From assembly GCA_001938485.1 (NCBI GenBank), contig MQRK01171719.1, forward strand, positions 1-64,000: a stretch of DNA of 64,000 bases, in the 5' to 3' direction. This document shows positions 11,264-25,669 of the stretch, piece by piece. The notes beneath the pieces are model-generated. The model did not search any database, was not told the origin of the DNA, and saw only the letters and a list, made by a program, of their open reading frames with translations. A program made the position numbers and the translations under genes. The DNA comes from Girardia tigrina. Its lineage: Eukaryota. Positions within the stretch are counted from its first letter, which is position 1. Each line of letters begins with the position of its first letter.

Positions 11264-12139
11264 CTATTGTCAAACCCCCTGTGTTCAAATTCCCGCTGTG
11301 GACAAACCACCTATGCTCAAAGCACCTAGAACCATCTTGATGCAGTGAGACTATTCTAAGCTGTATACAACTAACAAGACCAATGATAAAATCAAAAAAT
11401 GGATGGAGTCGATGTTCTGCCGCATCCACCTTTTAATCGAAACTGCGTCCCTTCTTATTAGGGTTTTTTCGCTTAATACTGCATTCCATTAAAGCTTGCG
11501 AATTTCAGTCAATAGATGAAGTCGATGAAACATGCCACCTGTTCTATGATTCAAAGAAACCAGAATGCTACTTCAAGCCGATCACATAAGATGGCATGTC
11601 GGTGGCAAATGGAGGAGGACAATGATGTCCTGTATTTTGATGATTAGTTTAATGAGTAAATAATATTTAACAACAAAAAAATTTTTTTTCTAAGATGTAT
11701 TAGAACTATTTGACCAACTTAATAATTTAGAAGATATATCAAGATATAATTTTCTGTGTTATTTATAAACGGATTTTCCATATATTATATATATTATTAA
11801 AATATTGAGTTTCGTGACATTGTTTTATTTTACTGAAGACATTCAAAGATGTAGCATAATTTGCACTAAGCCCAAAATAAAATTTTTCCTTGTATTTAAA
11901 TTATTCTTTATTTTTCTGACAATAATTGCGATTTTTTCAAGGTAAAAAGTCTTTTAAAATGCGAAAGCTATAAAAAATAAAAAGATAATTATTATGACAA
12001 AATTATTCATAAATCTCTTATAAATTTTTAAGACATTCATAAAAGGAGCAATATTCTAGTATACAATCATTTCTTTGAAAAATCATAAAACTTTAAGATA
12101 TTTTAGAAATCCTTTTATGCTAAAAACATATATTCCATC

Positions 12140-12216
12140 TGATCTCCAGGTTTCTCCAAAGACCGGATGTTAGTAGCCAAGACAGGATCGAACCTGGAAA
12201 GTTTTGTGCTGGGATC
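12140..12216 (-). mobile_element. Possible tRNA-derived SINE fragment
   Basis: B-box CCAGGTTCGATCCTG on the minus strand; related short stretches at ~13755-13790 and ~51210-51250. Confidence 0.3.
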
Positions 12217-13861
12217 ATTTTATTATTCAAACTGATCATCTTTTATCATATATATTGAAACAAAAAGAACTCACAGTTCATAAAAAAATATCGATTATTT
12301 TCACAAATTTGTTAAATTAAAAAAAATTGAGATTGTTAACAATAAAAGATTATTTAAATTCATTCTTTTAATAATAAAGCTGTTGATCGAAATAATAATT
12401 ACAACAAAGACGTCTTTCGATATAAAATTGTATTCGTAAAAAAATAATAGTGAACACAAAACTTTCCTTTAAAATTCGTTAAATTTGTGTGCAAATATTT
12501 TTTTCAAAAAATTTTTTGTTGTCTATTGCACAAGTAAAAACATTTTGAATTCGAATCGAAGCCAAAACAAGATATTTGTTGAACAATATCCAAAAACTTT
12601 TTTCAAAAATTTATTCTCAAAAATTGTCGATCATTAATCATAGTGACAGTAAAAAATATCAGTAATCAAAAAAATCTAAGGAAATTATAATTTTTGTGAT
12701 TGTGATTTTAAATCACAATATTCTGTCACAAAACTCGCTTTGATTGGCTGACCAAACAGAGCGCACCATTCGATTTATTTCCCCCCAAATTGAGGCTCTC
12801 AATAATTCCTCAATAGAATGCACGATTATACTGTGATATATATACAAGTTAATATTATTTTGTATTTTAAATAGTATTTAAAATAAAACTGAATTATTTT
12901 CAGTTTTTAAATTTTATTTTTTATTTAATTTTTTCTGATAATTTAAGTTTTTTAATTTAATTAACTCGTCAATTATAAATCTTATTTTTATATACAAGCA
13001 AAGGAGCAGCAAGAATCAACAATAAAAAGATCATTAAATTGTGATTCAAATAAACAATATAACGATGAAGTTTCTGATATAATGGACTTATCTTTTGACT
13101 GGAGAATTTTGAAATATAAGAACGAAATATAAAACTTAATAATGTTAAAATTTTACTTCCAAATAACATTTAAAATTAAATTACTTTGAAATATGTTGAG
13201 AAACTTAAAAAAATATGTTTTTTATAGAATTATTTTACTATTTTATTCTCTTATACACATTTTATATGTATTATGTATTAAATTTTAAAAATAAATTTGA
13301 TAAACTGTCTTGAAAGTATGTGTCATCGGGGTAAGGTTTCTTAAAAAAGCGTCTTCGATCAAATTTACCGAGATTAAGTCAATCGGTATCCAATGTCCCC
13401 GGAAATATATAATTATATAATTTTTATCATAAATTTAAAAATTTTGACTTCTTGAATATATATTTTGTATAAATAAATTATACAAAATATATATGTCCTA
13501 TCCATAAAAAAGTGAATAATAAAATTGTGAAAACACTGAAATAACAAAATTGATCAAAATAAAATGTCAAATTAGTATTAAATATATGAACCTAGAAAAA
13601 ACCTTTCTAAAATAATAAGTTAAATTAAGCTAGCACTTTATTAAATTCAAAAAATTAATAATTATTGATAATTTTAGTGATCATATTTCTTAAATAATAT
13701 TTTAACATTGCTTCTAGTTATTCGTTCATAGACAGTTATAAACATTTAACAACCAGACCAGACGGTCCTGTCTCAGCTAGTAATTTATTTCGGATAAAGC
13801 ATCTAAATCAGGATGGCTTGTAAAAAAAGATTATTTATTTCTAAATTATGTGAGATCAACT

Positions 13862-13865
<4 letters not shown>

Positions 13866-13911
<46 letters not shown>
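13866..13911. repeat. (AT)n microsatellite, representative; others at ~1116, 8272, 11219, 22119, 25632, 38515, 47609 and 53896
   Basis: Direct reading. Confidence 0.95.
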
Positions 13912-13915
<4 letters not shown>

Positions 13916-14213
13916 ATAGTCTTATGAACGCTAATTTGTTTTGAAAAATAATTTTGTTAAAGTTTCTTTAAAAAAAATTATTATTGAACATGCTGCTGAA
14001 TTTTGAATTCAATCATCAGTAATTATAATTTAATATTTGTTAGTTTTAATATTAGTTTTATAAAAGTTACTTTTAAAAAAATGGCTTTTTGATTTATTTT
14101 GATTCTTTTAAATATTATTAAAATAAATTGAGAAATCATTCCCTTAAAACTAATTATTTAAAAAATAAACATTAAAACTAATAAATACTAATTATTATCT
14201 AATCAAATCCAAC

Positions 14214-15312
14214 TATAGATTTCAAAAAGCTTTTGACAGGGTGTTACACGAAGCACTATGGTCACTATGAATAAACACAACATAGGAAAAAAAATTTACG
14301 AAAATTACGAAAATTTATACGAAGACGCAAAGACAAAAGTGTTTACACGTGAGCAATTTAGCGAATGGTTTAAATCATCAGTAGGAGTAAGACAAAGTTG
14401 CATTCTTTCTCCAACACTATTCAACCTTTTCCTTAAGAAAATTGTATGCAATTGTTAAGAATATTGTTATCTAGACTATGTTAGAATAACCTGCGGAGGA
14501 ACAAAAATAACCAACCTACGATTTGCTGACTACATAGACCTAATCGGGAAAGATGTGGCAGAGATTCAGGAACTTACAAATAGATTACACAAAGCGTCAA
14601 CGAAATTTGGAATGGAAATCAACAGACAAAAATGCAAAATAATGGTTCCAGGAAACTATAACAACCAGGTTAAACTGGAAAATGGCATTGCAGGGGAGAA
14701 GCTAGAACAAATTAAGAGTTTCAAATTTTAGGCTCTACTATCACAGAGAATGGGGAAGCGAAGAAGAAATCAGAAGCTGGATTGGTATTGCAACAAGCTC
14801 AATGATTCACATTAGCATAGTTTTTAACCTCAAAGAAATCCATTTCAAGAGCACAATAAAGATTACTAAGGCTATTGTCTAGGCAACACTGCACAATAGA
14901 TGAGAGAATTGGACAATAAATCAGAAGAGCATGGATAGACTTAAAGCGTTTGAAATGAAGTGCTACAGGAGAATGCTGAAGATCATGTGAAAAGAAAAGA
15001 TGACAAACGATTTTGTCTGGAGGAGAGTGACAGAAATATTGTGTAAAAAACCGGCATCAAGAAAAGGAAGCTGAAATTCTATGGCCATAAGAAAAAAAAG
15101 CACTATCAAAGTTTGTAATTGAAGGAAGAGTGGAAGGAGAAAGACCAAGAGGACGACCAAAGAGGCAATGGCTAGACGATTTAAAAGAATGGAGTGGATT
15201 AAGTGTGGAATGTCTGAGAAAAGAGGCTATAAATAGAGAGATGTGACAAAGACTTATGCCTGATTTGGTGCACCAACGGCCGAACAGCTAAGGTCAAAAA
15301 AAAGAAGAAGAA
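14214..15312 (+). mobile_element. 5'-truncated RTE-clade LINE (RT to 3' tail), degenerate
   Basis: IDF.KAFDRV.HEALW, GVRQSCILSPTLFNLF, NLRFADYIDL, IEGRVEGERPRGRPKRQWLDDLKEWSG, ending in an A/(AAG)n tail. Confidence 0.92.
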
Positions 15313-18300
15313 AATATTAAAATACCAATTTTTAAATTTCTATATATACTAAAATCTATCAAAATATTAAGTTACCGAAGATAAACAAATTCGTTTATAT
15401 CTTAATTCGATTTTATCTTTCTAAATTTTAAACTTCCTTATTTTTCATTCTTTTGAAGAAAATGTGAAGTTTTTAAATCTTAAAAATACATAAAAATCTT
15501 TTTCCTAATTTCAAGCGCCTTATAAATATAAATTATATTTTATGTTATTTACATACTAGTAGTAATTACTGATGTGTCTGTAGACCCCTTACCTTAAATG
15601 TCACTTTAAATCACAGGGAAAACTAAACCCCTACAAATGTGTTTATAATTTAAAGCAGAATGTGATGTATGGGTGAGATTGGTATCAGAATAATCTCTAT
15701 TTACTGAGATTTGATCTTTAAAAGATATTTGATTTTATATTTTTTTATGACTGATGAGATAGCAGTTTTAGACAGACTTGACTTTGTCTATAGTAATTAA
15801 GAATTAAGAGACGAATTAATTGAGATTCTTCGGAATTTCTTAATTATGGGTAATTAATTAATTTAATTTTATAGGTTGATTTTATTTTTTATTTATATCT
15901 ATAAAAAAGCTATTTCGAATTAAATTATTCTTTATTCATTGTAATTTAAAAACTCTTACTAACGAAATTGTATTGAATATATTTTTTTTCGAATTTAAAT
16001 TTCAAATTTTAAAATGTAAATATATCGAACTTCAACTTAATTTTATGAAAAAAAAATTTTCAAAATATTTTCATTTAAATTATGTTTGAATATTTTGTTT
16101 GTATACGAAAATTTAAATTACAAATATTTTTAACTAATTAAAAAAGTTAATCATAAAATATAAATAAAACATATACTGTCTATTTACACCTTTTATCTTT
16201 ACCTTAGTGTGAAAACTGAAATAAACTGTGTTTGAAGTTCAAACTGGTAATATAATTGATTGTCTCTCTTTAACAAAGTTAATTGTTGTACTACCATCTA
16301 ATAATCCTTTTGAATTTCGGGAGAGAGCTTTTATTCGGAGTACTCTTGATTTTATCAAATTTTTAACAGTAATAATTATTTAAATACCTAAACATTTTAT
16401 TATTAAATAAAAATAAGATACCTTCTTTCTGATAATCTGACAGAGCGTTCTATTAAACCCCCATTGCAAATATGTTTCCTAGATTCTTATGTTTGTAAAT
16501 TCAAGTTTTATTAATATTCTATACTATCTAGACAAATCCAGGTTGTAAAGAATTCTTCACAGCTTCATTGCTGATATGACACCAAGCTACTGATATTCAG
16601 GTACAACTAATGTACTTTTACATTGCGTTGCCAGTCAATTAACATATATTGAAAGATTTCTTTTGAAATTTCATTCTTTGCTGGTTTATTGTTGAGGAGA
16701 TTCAATGACTGCAAATATACAGTATAACCTGAAGAAATCATTACTTGATCGATTGATTTCCTCAACTCCAGACTCATGAAGCTTATTAGTCTTAGTTTTT
16801 TGTTTGAAATATACTTTGTTGACTAAGAAAATCTTACAACATTTTAGTTTAAAAAAATAACAAAATAAAAAATTTTATAATATTTATTTTTAAAAAATAA
16901 ATACCTTTTAACTTTTGCTAACAACAATTATTATTAATTTATTTGTTATTTAATTATATTTCGGTTAATTAATTTGTTCATTTGTTTTATCTTATTTCTT
17001 TTATATTTTCGAAATAAAGATCACAAAGCAATTTAAACAACAAAAATAAATGAGGCTCAAAAAATATGAAACATTTAATTAATTTTGTAAATTTAGCAGG
17101 AAATTTTTTTTTAAAAAATTAAAAATCTGTCTTCTGATAAAATAGAACAATAACAAAAAACATTTTTAAATTAAAAAAAATGATTCATGAAAATCAAGAA
17201 ATATAAATAAATAAATGAGGATAAAATATAAAATATTCATTGCATCAAATCTTTTTTTAATGATTTTTTGAAAGAAATTTAAGTTTTTAAAAATAAGGTT
17301 AATCTTTTTATTTGTAAATCAGAAACAAGATTTAATTTATTATTTGCCTGTAAAAATGTATTAATTTCTTTTATAATTTTCTTAAAAATTAACATTTTGA
17401 TTTAAATTTTTTTTCTGTTTTTCATTTCTTAAGAATAAGGTAAAAAGAATAAATAATTAAGAATAAATAATAAAGAATAATGTCATATTTATAAATTTGG
17501 TAGAAAATGATAATATCCTTATAATTGTTTATTAAACAGAATTTAATATATTTAAAATATATTATTCAGCAGACTATTTTATGTAAGGGTCTCCGTCATA
17601 AAAGTAGATATTATTATAATTTTATCATTATCTTATGTTGTCTAAGTTAAACTCTTAGAAAGATAAAGTTGAAATAAGGAGGTATAAGAGTTCAATTATA
17701 TCTTACTAAAGTGTTTCTTCTCTCAGTAATAAAGGGGAATTATGAAGATTTTATTCTTTTTGAAACAAATAAATTATGAAAGCATTTTTCCGATTTTTAC
17801 AATATATACAGGAATATGTATCTATTGTAATGAGATATGTATTTTAGTGGTATTTTTAATTTTCATATTTAAGCTAATATCTTCTGATTAGTTATGACTT
17901 AATTTATTAATAACTATCTTAAATTAGTAAAATGAAAAAATATTATATGAATTTTAGCTGGTAGTTTGACATGAGAATTGAGTTGCAAAGTCGAAGTACA
18001 AGGCAAATAAATATTCATAATTTGTACATTCTTTAATATCAAGAAAGTTATATATTGATGCGACACGTAAACATTTATGTATTATTACTATTGTTGTTTA
18101 TAAAGGTCAAAATTCATTAAAAAATATGTTTTATTTTGATTGCCCATTCGAAGATTAAAAAATAACTTTCAAAAATGTATTTTAAAAAATTAAATAAAGT
18201 TTTGCTGACACTAGTTATTTATGGATTAAAAAGACTTTCTGAACTCTGTTATACCTGAACATTCTTTTGTTTGTAAAAATGAGTGATTTTTAGAGCTCCA

Positions 18301-19274
18301 TGGTACTTTTAAACTAAAAAGAGATCTTAGTTTGAAGCTTTACGAAATCGCCACAGATGACAATAGAACGTTAAATAATGTCTTTGATTAGATTATCGTA
18401 TAAAAAATTGTTTTTATCTAATTTAATGAATTGAGACATGAATGATAAAATTTATACATGAAAAGAGACCAACTAAATGTATTTATATAAAAATTATGAA
18501 TGGATTATAATTTATGTATTATTAAACATTTAAATAAAAATTAGTGTTTATAAAAAACATTGATGTAATAAAAAATAAAACATAAAAACTTTAAAAATAA
18601 GACATATTTTATTTATTTTTATTTTTCACTGATTATTAAACACTTTGTGAAACAGAAGGACTTGAAGTAAAATGGTACAAATTCTTGTCAAATTATTTAT
18701 TTTATTGTCAAGATCTGTGAAATAAAACCTGAATTTCCCTTGATTGATATCAATTAATGTTTCTTTTAACAAACCCCTTGACAACATTTATCGTCCTTGA
18801 TTCTAATGAAAACAATTCGGCTATTTATTAGTGTCAATCTACAAATGTATTGCTTCTATTACTAATTGGTGCAAGTAACAGTTGAGAAATAGAAAAACTT
18901 TCAAACTTTAAATTACTTCAAAAATTGTTTAAATAAATATTAACATTTTTCCAATTGGGTTTTGTTTTATCAATATAATTCTTACGTTTAATATAATTAT
19001 TACGATTTTTGCAAAAAGTAAATTTAAACGATATTCTATATTCGATTGAATAAATAAACTAGAAGTGTAGAGACATATCTAGGCATTAATATATATAGCG
19101 TTTATGTCACTTTCAGTATTATCGAATTCCGAAATCATAATTTAACACCACAAAATTTATTTTATCATATTTTTATTCTACATTTTAGTTTTTTTAATTT
19201 ATTTCTTTTAAATTTTCAAATTAAAAAATAATAAACTATTTTGGCGAAACTTAAATTTAAACTAACCCCTTGTA

Positions 19275-19440
19275 TCCCCCTTCTTTAAGAATTTTCTTAT
19301 GTTTTCCACGTTTCGATCTAAAATTCTTCAATCTTCCTTTATTAGTTTATACCTTATGTCATGTGTTTTCTCTACCACTTTATACGGTCCTTCATATTTT
19401 AATAAATTTTTGATAAATTTTAAAATGTTATTTGTTGATT
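19275..19440 (-). mobile_element. Gypsy integrase C-terminal fragment with polypurine tract
   Basis: Minus strand KYEGPYKVVEKTHDIRYKL..ILDRNVENIRKFLKKGG followed by AAGAAGGGGGA. Confidence 0.75.
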
Positions 19441-19454
19441 TCAAGATCGAATTA

Positions 19455-19962
19455 TTGAGGTGTTTAAAACCCTCAGAGTAAGGTAAGCTTAGATTATATC
19501 AAGGTGTGAAACAGTTTTCAATGTTTAAACTATTCATTTGTTCATTGTTGATTTTTTCTTTTACAATTATTTTATCTACTGTCTCACGAGTGAGTCTACG
19601 ATGGAAAAAGAGTTATCGTTATTATTCAAAAACTTAGTCAATGTATAAATACTTTTAATAGATTTTGAAAGCGTAGAGGAAAGAGACCAAGAGTGATATA
19701 ACAAACATCATATTCCTTTTATATTTAAACTCACAAAAACTGTTTAAGGAGGTGTACAAACCAGTATCTATTTTCTTTCGATATATTTCAGTTTCATCAT
19801 GATCATTTTTCTTTTCAATTAACAAATCAAGGAATGGTAATTTTCCATTTATTTCCTGTTCCACTGTAAAGATTATATTTGGATAAATCGAATTCATGTA
19901 TTCTAGAAAAGGAAAAATATGTTCTTGAGATTCAAAGACTAGAAAGATATCACCCACATATC
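19455..19962 (-). mobile_element. Penelope-like element RT/thumb fragment
   Basis: RYVGDIF..FLEYMNSIYPNIIFTVEQEINGKLPFLDLLI..TEIYRKKIDTGLY..NSFC..KYK, with downstream LSLPY. Confidence 0.9.
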
Positions 19963-20419
19963 TCAACCGGAAGCCGATGAAATCGATCAAAAACAGTACA
20001 AGTTGTTAAATGGTTAAATTAACATTGATTTCAAATAATGACGATTTTGACGATTCTTACAAGGAATTTCGTTAAAAGTTTTATGAAAATACTAATAAAA
20101 TACGAATCTATTTGACAAATGATGAATTTTATCACTTATTCACTAATTATTTTTCTAAAAATCAATTTAGTAGAAATTACAAATTTTCGTTATTAAGAAA
20201 TAGTTTCAACAAATAAAATGCAAAATTGCGGAGGAACCGGATGTGGTCAATCTGAATAAAATTCTGTCGGTGTAGCGCCTTGGCGGAAAGACGCTCTGAA
20301 GTCGATGAAATCGATCGAAAATCGTAATTATTAAATGGTCAAATTAACACCAATTTCAAAAAGTGCCAGCATTTTTATTTGGTGGGGCCTACTTCGAATA
20401 TTATCATAAATTTTATTTA

Positions 20420-21100
20420 TTTAATTTAATTTAAGTTAATTAAAAAATTATTTAATATAACTAAAAAAATTCAGATAAAAGATTTTTTTTGAAACAAAAT
20501 TTTAAAATTATTTTATAATTATAAAATATTTACTGAAAAAAAATTATGAAAAAAATTTAACATTTTTTTTAAAATTAAAATAATTTATTAAATATTATTT
20601 AAAAAATATCAGAATTAAATATTGTACATAAATGAGTGCCCTATACACGTTACAGTTATTTTATCCATTAATCCATATTCTTAAACCGATGGGGACCCAT
20701 CAACAAATACACCCCAAATAATAAATAAAATGAATAATTATAAAATAATCAAAAATATATAAGAAAACTATAAAATACAAATATATTTAGTAAGTAAGAT
20801 TAATCCATCATAAAATTGTTGGCCATTCTATGGAAGTATTCTCCGAAATATTTGGTGTTGCACACTATAGTTTTTTTTTTTATTTTTGATTATTTTTTAA
20901 TTATTTTTAGTGTATTTGTTGATGGGTCCTTACCAGTTTTAGAATTATGATTAATGGAAAAGAATAATTCTTTTAATAATTTCTTTCTGTAAATATTTTA
21001 TAATTTTTAAATAATTCTTAAATTTTGTTTTGAAAAAAATTCTTTATTTAAATTTTTTTAGTTATGTCTAATATTTTTTTAATAATTAATTTTAATTTAA
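20420..21100. mobile_element. Fold-back/MITE-like element with long imperfect inverted arms
   Basis: Arms ~20420-20772 and ~20866-21100 (e.g. GGACCCATCAACAAATACAC / GTGTATTTGTTGATGGGTCC) around a ~90-bp spacer. Confidence 0.75.
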
Positions 21101-21289
21101 CTCTAGAAAATTATTTTGAATTTTTAAATATTATATATATTTGTGTCGGAATCGTTTTTGTGTGTTATCGATTAGAATTGGTATAAATAATACACAAAAA
21201 ATATTTATAGAAAATTATTAAATGTTTTGGAGGCCAAATTGACAGAGACAAAACTTGATGTACCGAAAATTTTTAGCAGTAAATTATAA

Positions 21290-21409
21290 TCGAAATAATA
21301 TAATAAATTATACTAATTAGAATTACAATTTAAAAATTAAAAATTAAAATATAAACTTTCATAGACGAAATTTCCGCTCACCCGTCATATATGACGGGTT
21401 TGTTACTAG
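21290..21409 (+). mobile_element. Helitron 3' end
   Basis: Perfect hairpin CCCGTCATATATGACGGG followed by CTAG|T at 21406-21410. Confidence 0.85.
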
Positions 21410-22113
21410 TAACTTAATATTTTTCTGTTTTATAGCTATTTTTTAAAAAAATATTTTTAACCAAAAAGGAACCTTATTCGATCGACGCCATTATGAACAC
21501 TCAGTAATCCATGTTTTGAGATGATGATGTGCCTCTCCAATGTATGAGTTTTTACTCCCCTGACAATTAAATGTTTACATTAGTTTAGCTTGTAATCCAC
21601 AAATCGTTTTTGATATATTCGGGAGGAAGCTTAAAACTTTTGAATATCATTGCAACGGCCTTGACACTAGTTATATTCTTGGAAAAACTCTTCTTAAATG
21701 CTTCTTAAGCTTAAAAAAATTAATTATTGAAGAATATTGTCAAAATCTTGTAAAAAATATGTAAGACAAAATATAAAATGTCTCAGACATTTATTAAAAT
21801 TAATATGTTTACTAATTAGGAATTTTTGGTCGAATATTTCTTAAAATTTAAAACTTACAGAAAAGACTAAAAGCAATTTCTGTAAAAATTCGTGTTTAGT
21901 TACGTTCCAAATAATAAAATGGACTTGTAATTCCAATGTATGTTATCAGATAATACATAGGTTTATGTAGGATAATCATTCAGGATTAAATTGTTTTTAT
22001 ATACTTAAAATATTTACTTTTAATTTTTTTTCTGTTTGATATTATGCAGGATTTATAAACTTATGATTTAAACACAGTTATTTTTATGGTTCTATTTTAT
22101 ATTTCGAATTTGT

Positions 22114-22153
<40 letters not shown>

Positions 22154-22155
<2 letters not shown>

Positions 22156-23326
22156 AGGTGTTATGAAAGTCTTGTCGAAAAGTACCCCAAACAGATATTT
22201 CAGAAAATATAAAAGATACCACTATAAAACCTTAAATTTAAGTTAAATATTTTAAATAATTTATTCAATATGATCGCCTTTCGCATGTATGAAAGCCTCT
22301 AAACGTTTCGTAAATGCGGGACAGCCTTTCACCACAAAAGTCTTTGTTAGATTCTTCCAGACGTTTGCCACGGAATTCCCATGGGCCTTGGCACCTGTGC
22401 GATGAGCATTGTAGGCTTCATCCTCTAAAAGAGCTCGAATGGAGTAATCCAAATGATTTACATCTTATGAATATGGTGTCCACTCATCTTTAGTTGTAAG
22501 AAGTACGGCTTCTTTATATAGCATGGTGCACCATCTTGATAAAAACAAAAATTCTGCAGGTGAAACTCATTCTTTAGCGAGATCAGTACTATTTAGCTCA
22601 GAGCTTGTTAGTAACATCTTTCGTCGTGGCATTCAGTCTGTAACCAGTAGAGAAAAACACTAGGGGTTAACTTTCCCATTCGCTGCCTCCACATATAGTA
22701 TCATAATGTTTGTAGAAGGCTTTGTTCGACTAATCATTTTTCCATCTCTGATATCATCATACTCTAATCGAATGATACGGTTGTTGAGACGGTTCTATAA
22801 TGAATCAAGTGTGAAAGTTTTTAAAAACTTTAACAATACCAGCTTGACAGGACTTTATATCGTTCAAAAAAGCTTATGACCTCATTCAAAGACATTCTGC
22901 TTCATTGCAAAGGTCACTTGATCATTACAAGACTGTTTCAATTAAGTTTCATGACTACATAACTGATCGATGACTTATGAACACCAAACTTTGAAGAGTG
23001 AACTGTTTTTGATTGTTCTATATGTGCCTTGATGGTATTTTTGACCTCGATTTTCGACCACTCCTAGGCTTGTCTGGAATTTGTAACTAATGGTATGCGA
23101 AGTAGATCTACTGTTCACAATGAGTGTCCTAGTTACTCAGAAATTTCGTCGTCAAAGTGGTAGCGGGAGTAATGTGCAACAACAGAACGTTTTGCTACTA
23201 TGCGTTTAGAAACAAGAATGAGAATAATTATAATCTCTAAACCAAATATAAATAAATTGATACATATTAGTTTACGTTTCTTAAATCTATTATCAAAGTC
23301 CATTGAAAGACTTCTTCAACACCCGG
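22154..23326 (-). mobile_element. Degenerate Tc1/mariner element (maT/DD37D-like)
   Basis: TIRs CCRGGTGTT..AAGTCTT; transposase remnants DEWTPYS*DVNHLDYSI and RLEAFIHAKGDHIE*. Confidence 0.85.
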
Positions 23327-23331
23327 CATAT

Positions 23332-25612
23332 CATGGACTACGGCACATGACACGAATTGAAAACTCCAAATAATTTACCACATGACGCGGGACGAATAAA
23401 CGATAGTTGCAACTGCCACTTGAGTGTACTTTAATCTAATTCCCCATTGGGCGGATTTGTAGTGAATTACTTGCATAGTTAAAGTTTGACCTTTGAATTA
23501 ATCATTTTTTGAAGAAGCAACTCATGGTTAACAAATGCTCTGCATTCAGCTGTACTTGTGTGTAAAAAGAAAAAAAGTATCAGGTAATAGCTTTCCTAAG
23601 TTTCATCACTATCTAAGCGAATGGCTCAAGCGATTATCTCTAGTTAATTTTTGTCCAACATCCAATTCTCGTATATGCCATATGTATTTCGTTGAGAATG
23701 ATTTTACATATTCTAGAATGGACACAAATACAACCCGAAAAAGAAAGAAACCACAACATCTCACAAAGAGATATCTCAATGGAGAAGCAGTCCTATTTAT
23801 ATTCCAAAATTGTCCTTCCTATCTCACTCAACAATCCTCATCAGAGCGACCTTCTACAGTGACATCTCAATCTTGTATTGACAATGATAATATTCACCTT
23901 CGCAGTACATTGAAGATCTCCAAAATGAGAATGCATTTCATCTCTTGAGAATCTAATAATGAAGGGGATTTCATGCAACACACTGCTTCGCAAATTTTTT
24001 CAAATTCCCAATATTTCTTGCAATGTGTATTTCCTTATATTTTATACAGAAAGTGATGATCCTTCTGTATTGACATCTGTCAAAACCACAACCCAGCTGC
24101 AAGTATTCATTTGTATTCGCGGTGTTTTTTATCTTGCTACTGAAATTCGTGCATTTCTACCAAATGGCTAAATACCTCATCTGTTAGAGTTTTGCAATGT
24201 ACTGCTTTTCTACGGATAATTTGGTTATGAACGCTCATTCAAAACCATTCCAGTGGTTGCAATTTGCTATCACTTCTCCTTACTTCTGTCTTAAACATAG
24301 CGAGTATGACGCTTACAAATCCATTATCAACTTTGCCCTTTAACCACTAAAATTATCACATTAATGGAAGTATTTCCACTCTTTAACCCAATTTGGCTTC
24401 AATTTATTTTCCACGAGTATAGCTTGCTATCAAACTTCATCCGACCAAGACGTATCGTGTTTCTCACATAATGAAACATTGTAGCGCTTGTTTCAGAAGT
24501 TATGATCTTCTCCTATTATTTTTCTCTTATTTTTTTGACTCCACTGATAATGTAAAGGATATTTTCAATACTTTCGAGAGAGGAAAGCGTATATCACGAC
24601 CTCATTTTTCTGATAATTCATAACATTTTACAGTGGATTATTCTCACATTCATCAATTGCAGCTTCGGGTATCTGGAAAAGCAGTGAAATTAGCTCACAA
24701 ACTATCTGCGTCCATCATGTCTTTTTAGCCATCCAAAAAATCACTGTAAAATTTTCTGCCGCGATTTTTCATCCTTCTACATCAAATACTCTAAATCAAT
24801 ATTCCATTTACCTTCATCCACCACGTCAAGATTTGGCTACAACGGTATTCTTTCGCTCTTTATTGTCATAACGTTTTGTAGTATTATCAATGCAAAAACT
24901 CCTAACAAAGAACCTCAAAATGCGACATTGAGACAGTGTTCATCATGTTCATTGTTATAAAACTCCACGAGTGAAATTGACATTCAATTTCAAGAACTGT
25001 TATACATGGTACACGAATTCTTTAATAAAATTAATCGTAGAGTATCGTACCCGCCGTCAGAGCTGGTATTTGATAAATACATTCGTTGCAGGACAAATGT
25101 TTTCTGGTGTTACAGACTCTACCAATCTTACCAAGCTTCGTATTAACGCCTTCAATTCGCGTATTCTCTTTGTGGAGATCATGGACGCTATATCTTTAGG
25201 TAAGAACTGTGTTGGACGATTGAACTGCGAAAGTGGTAATAATATCGTCAATCCGATTGTGTGAAAGTTGTTCAACTGCTACACAAAGAACTTGATTTCA
25301 TTATTGAATGCTAGCTACCAAAATCTGGCCCGGAAAATAGCGAAATCGGGCTAATCTTCCTGTTAACTTGTAATTACTTTAAAAATTGTGCGCATGTTAC
25401 ATCAAAATATAATTTTTAAAAAACTTATTTCAAATTGAGATTTGTCGTTATTAAAAGAAAAAGCAAATAAATCACCATTGTAAAGAACACAATAAATTGA
25501 TTATAACTGTATTTTTCTTATGTAGAACGTATTTGAAGACTAAAACGTTAACATTCATATTAAATGAATGCCCACGTCATGTGGTAATTCCAGTCATCAC
25601 GTGTAGTCCAGG
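23332..25612 (+). mobile_element. Degenerate P-element-superfamily (THAP) transposon
   Basis: Inverted termini CATGGACTAC/GTAGTCCAGG with inner TTACCACATGACG repeats; THAP domain MVNKCSAFSC..W..RICHMYF..EAVLFIF; THAP9-like KAVKLAHKLS..AAIFHPST. No TSD seen. Confidence 0.85.
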
Positions 25613-25628
25613 TGTTTAAATTAAGTAG

Positions 25629-25669
<41 letters not shown>

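Noticed and set aside
11505-11610. Hammerhead-like GATGA..GAAACATGCCA..TGGCATGTC
   Set aside because: It lacks the CUGA core and a stem I pairing.
12990-13130. Short frame ending DEVSDIMDLSFDWR, resembling a protein C-terminus
   Set aside because: It is too short to assign.
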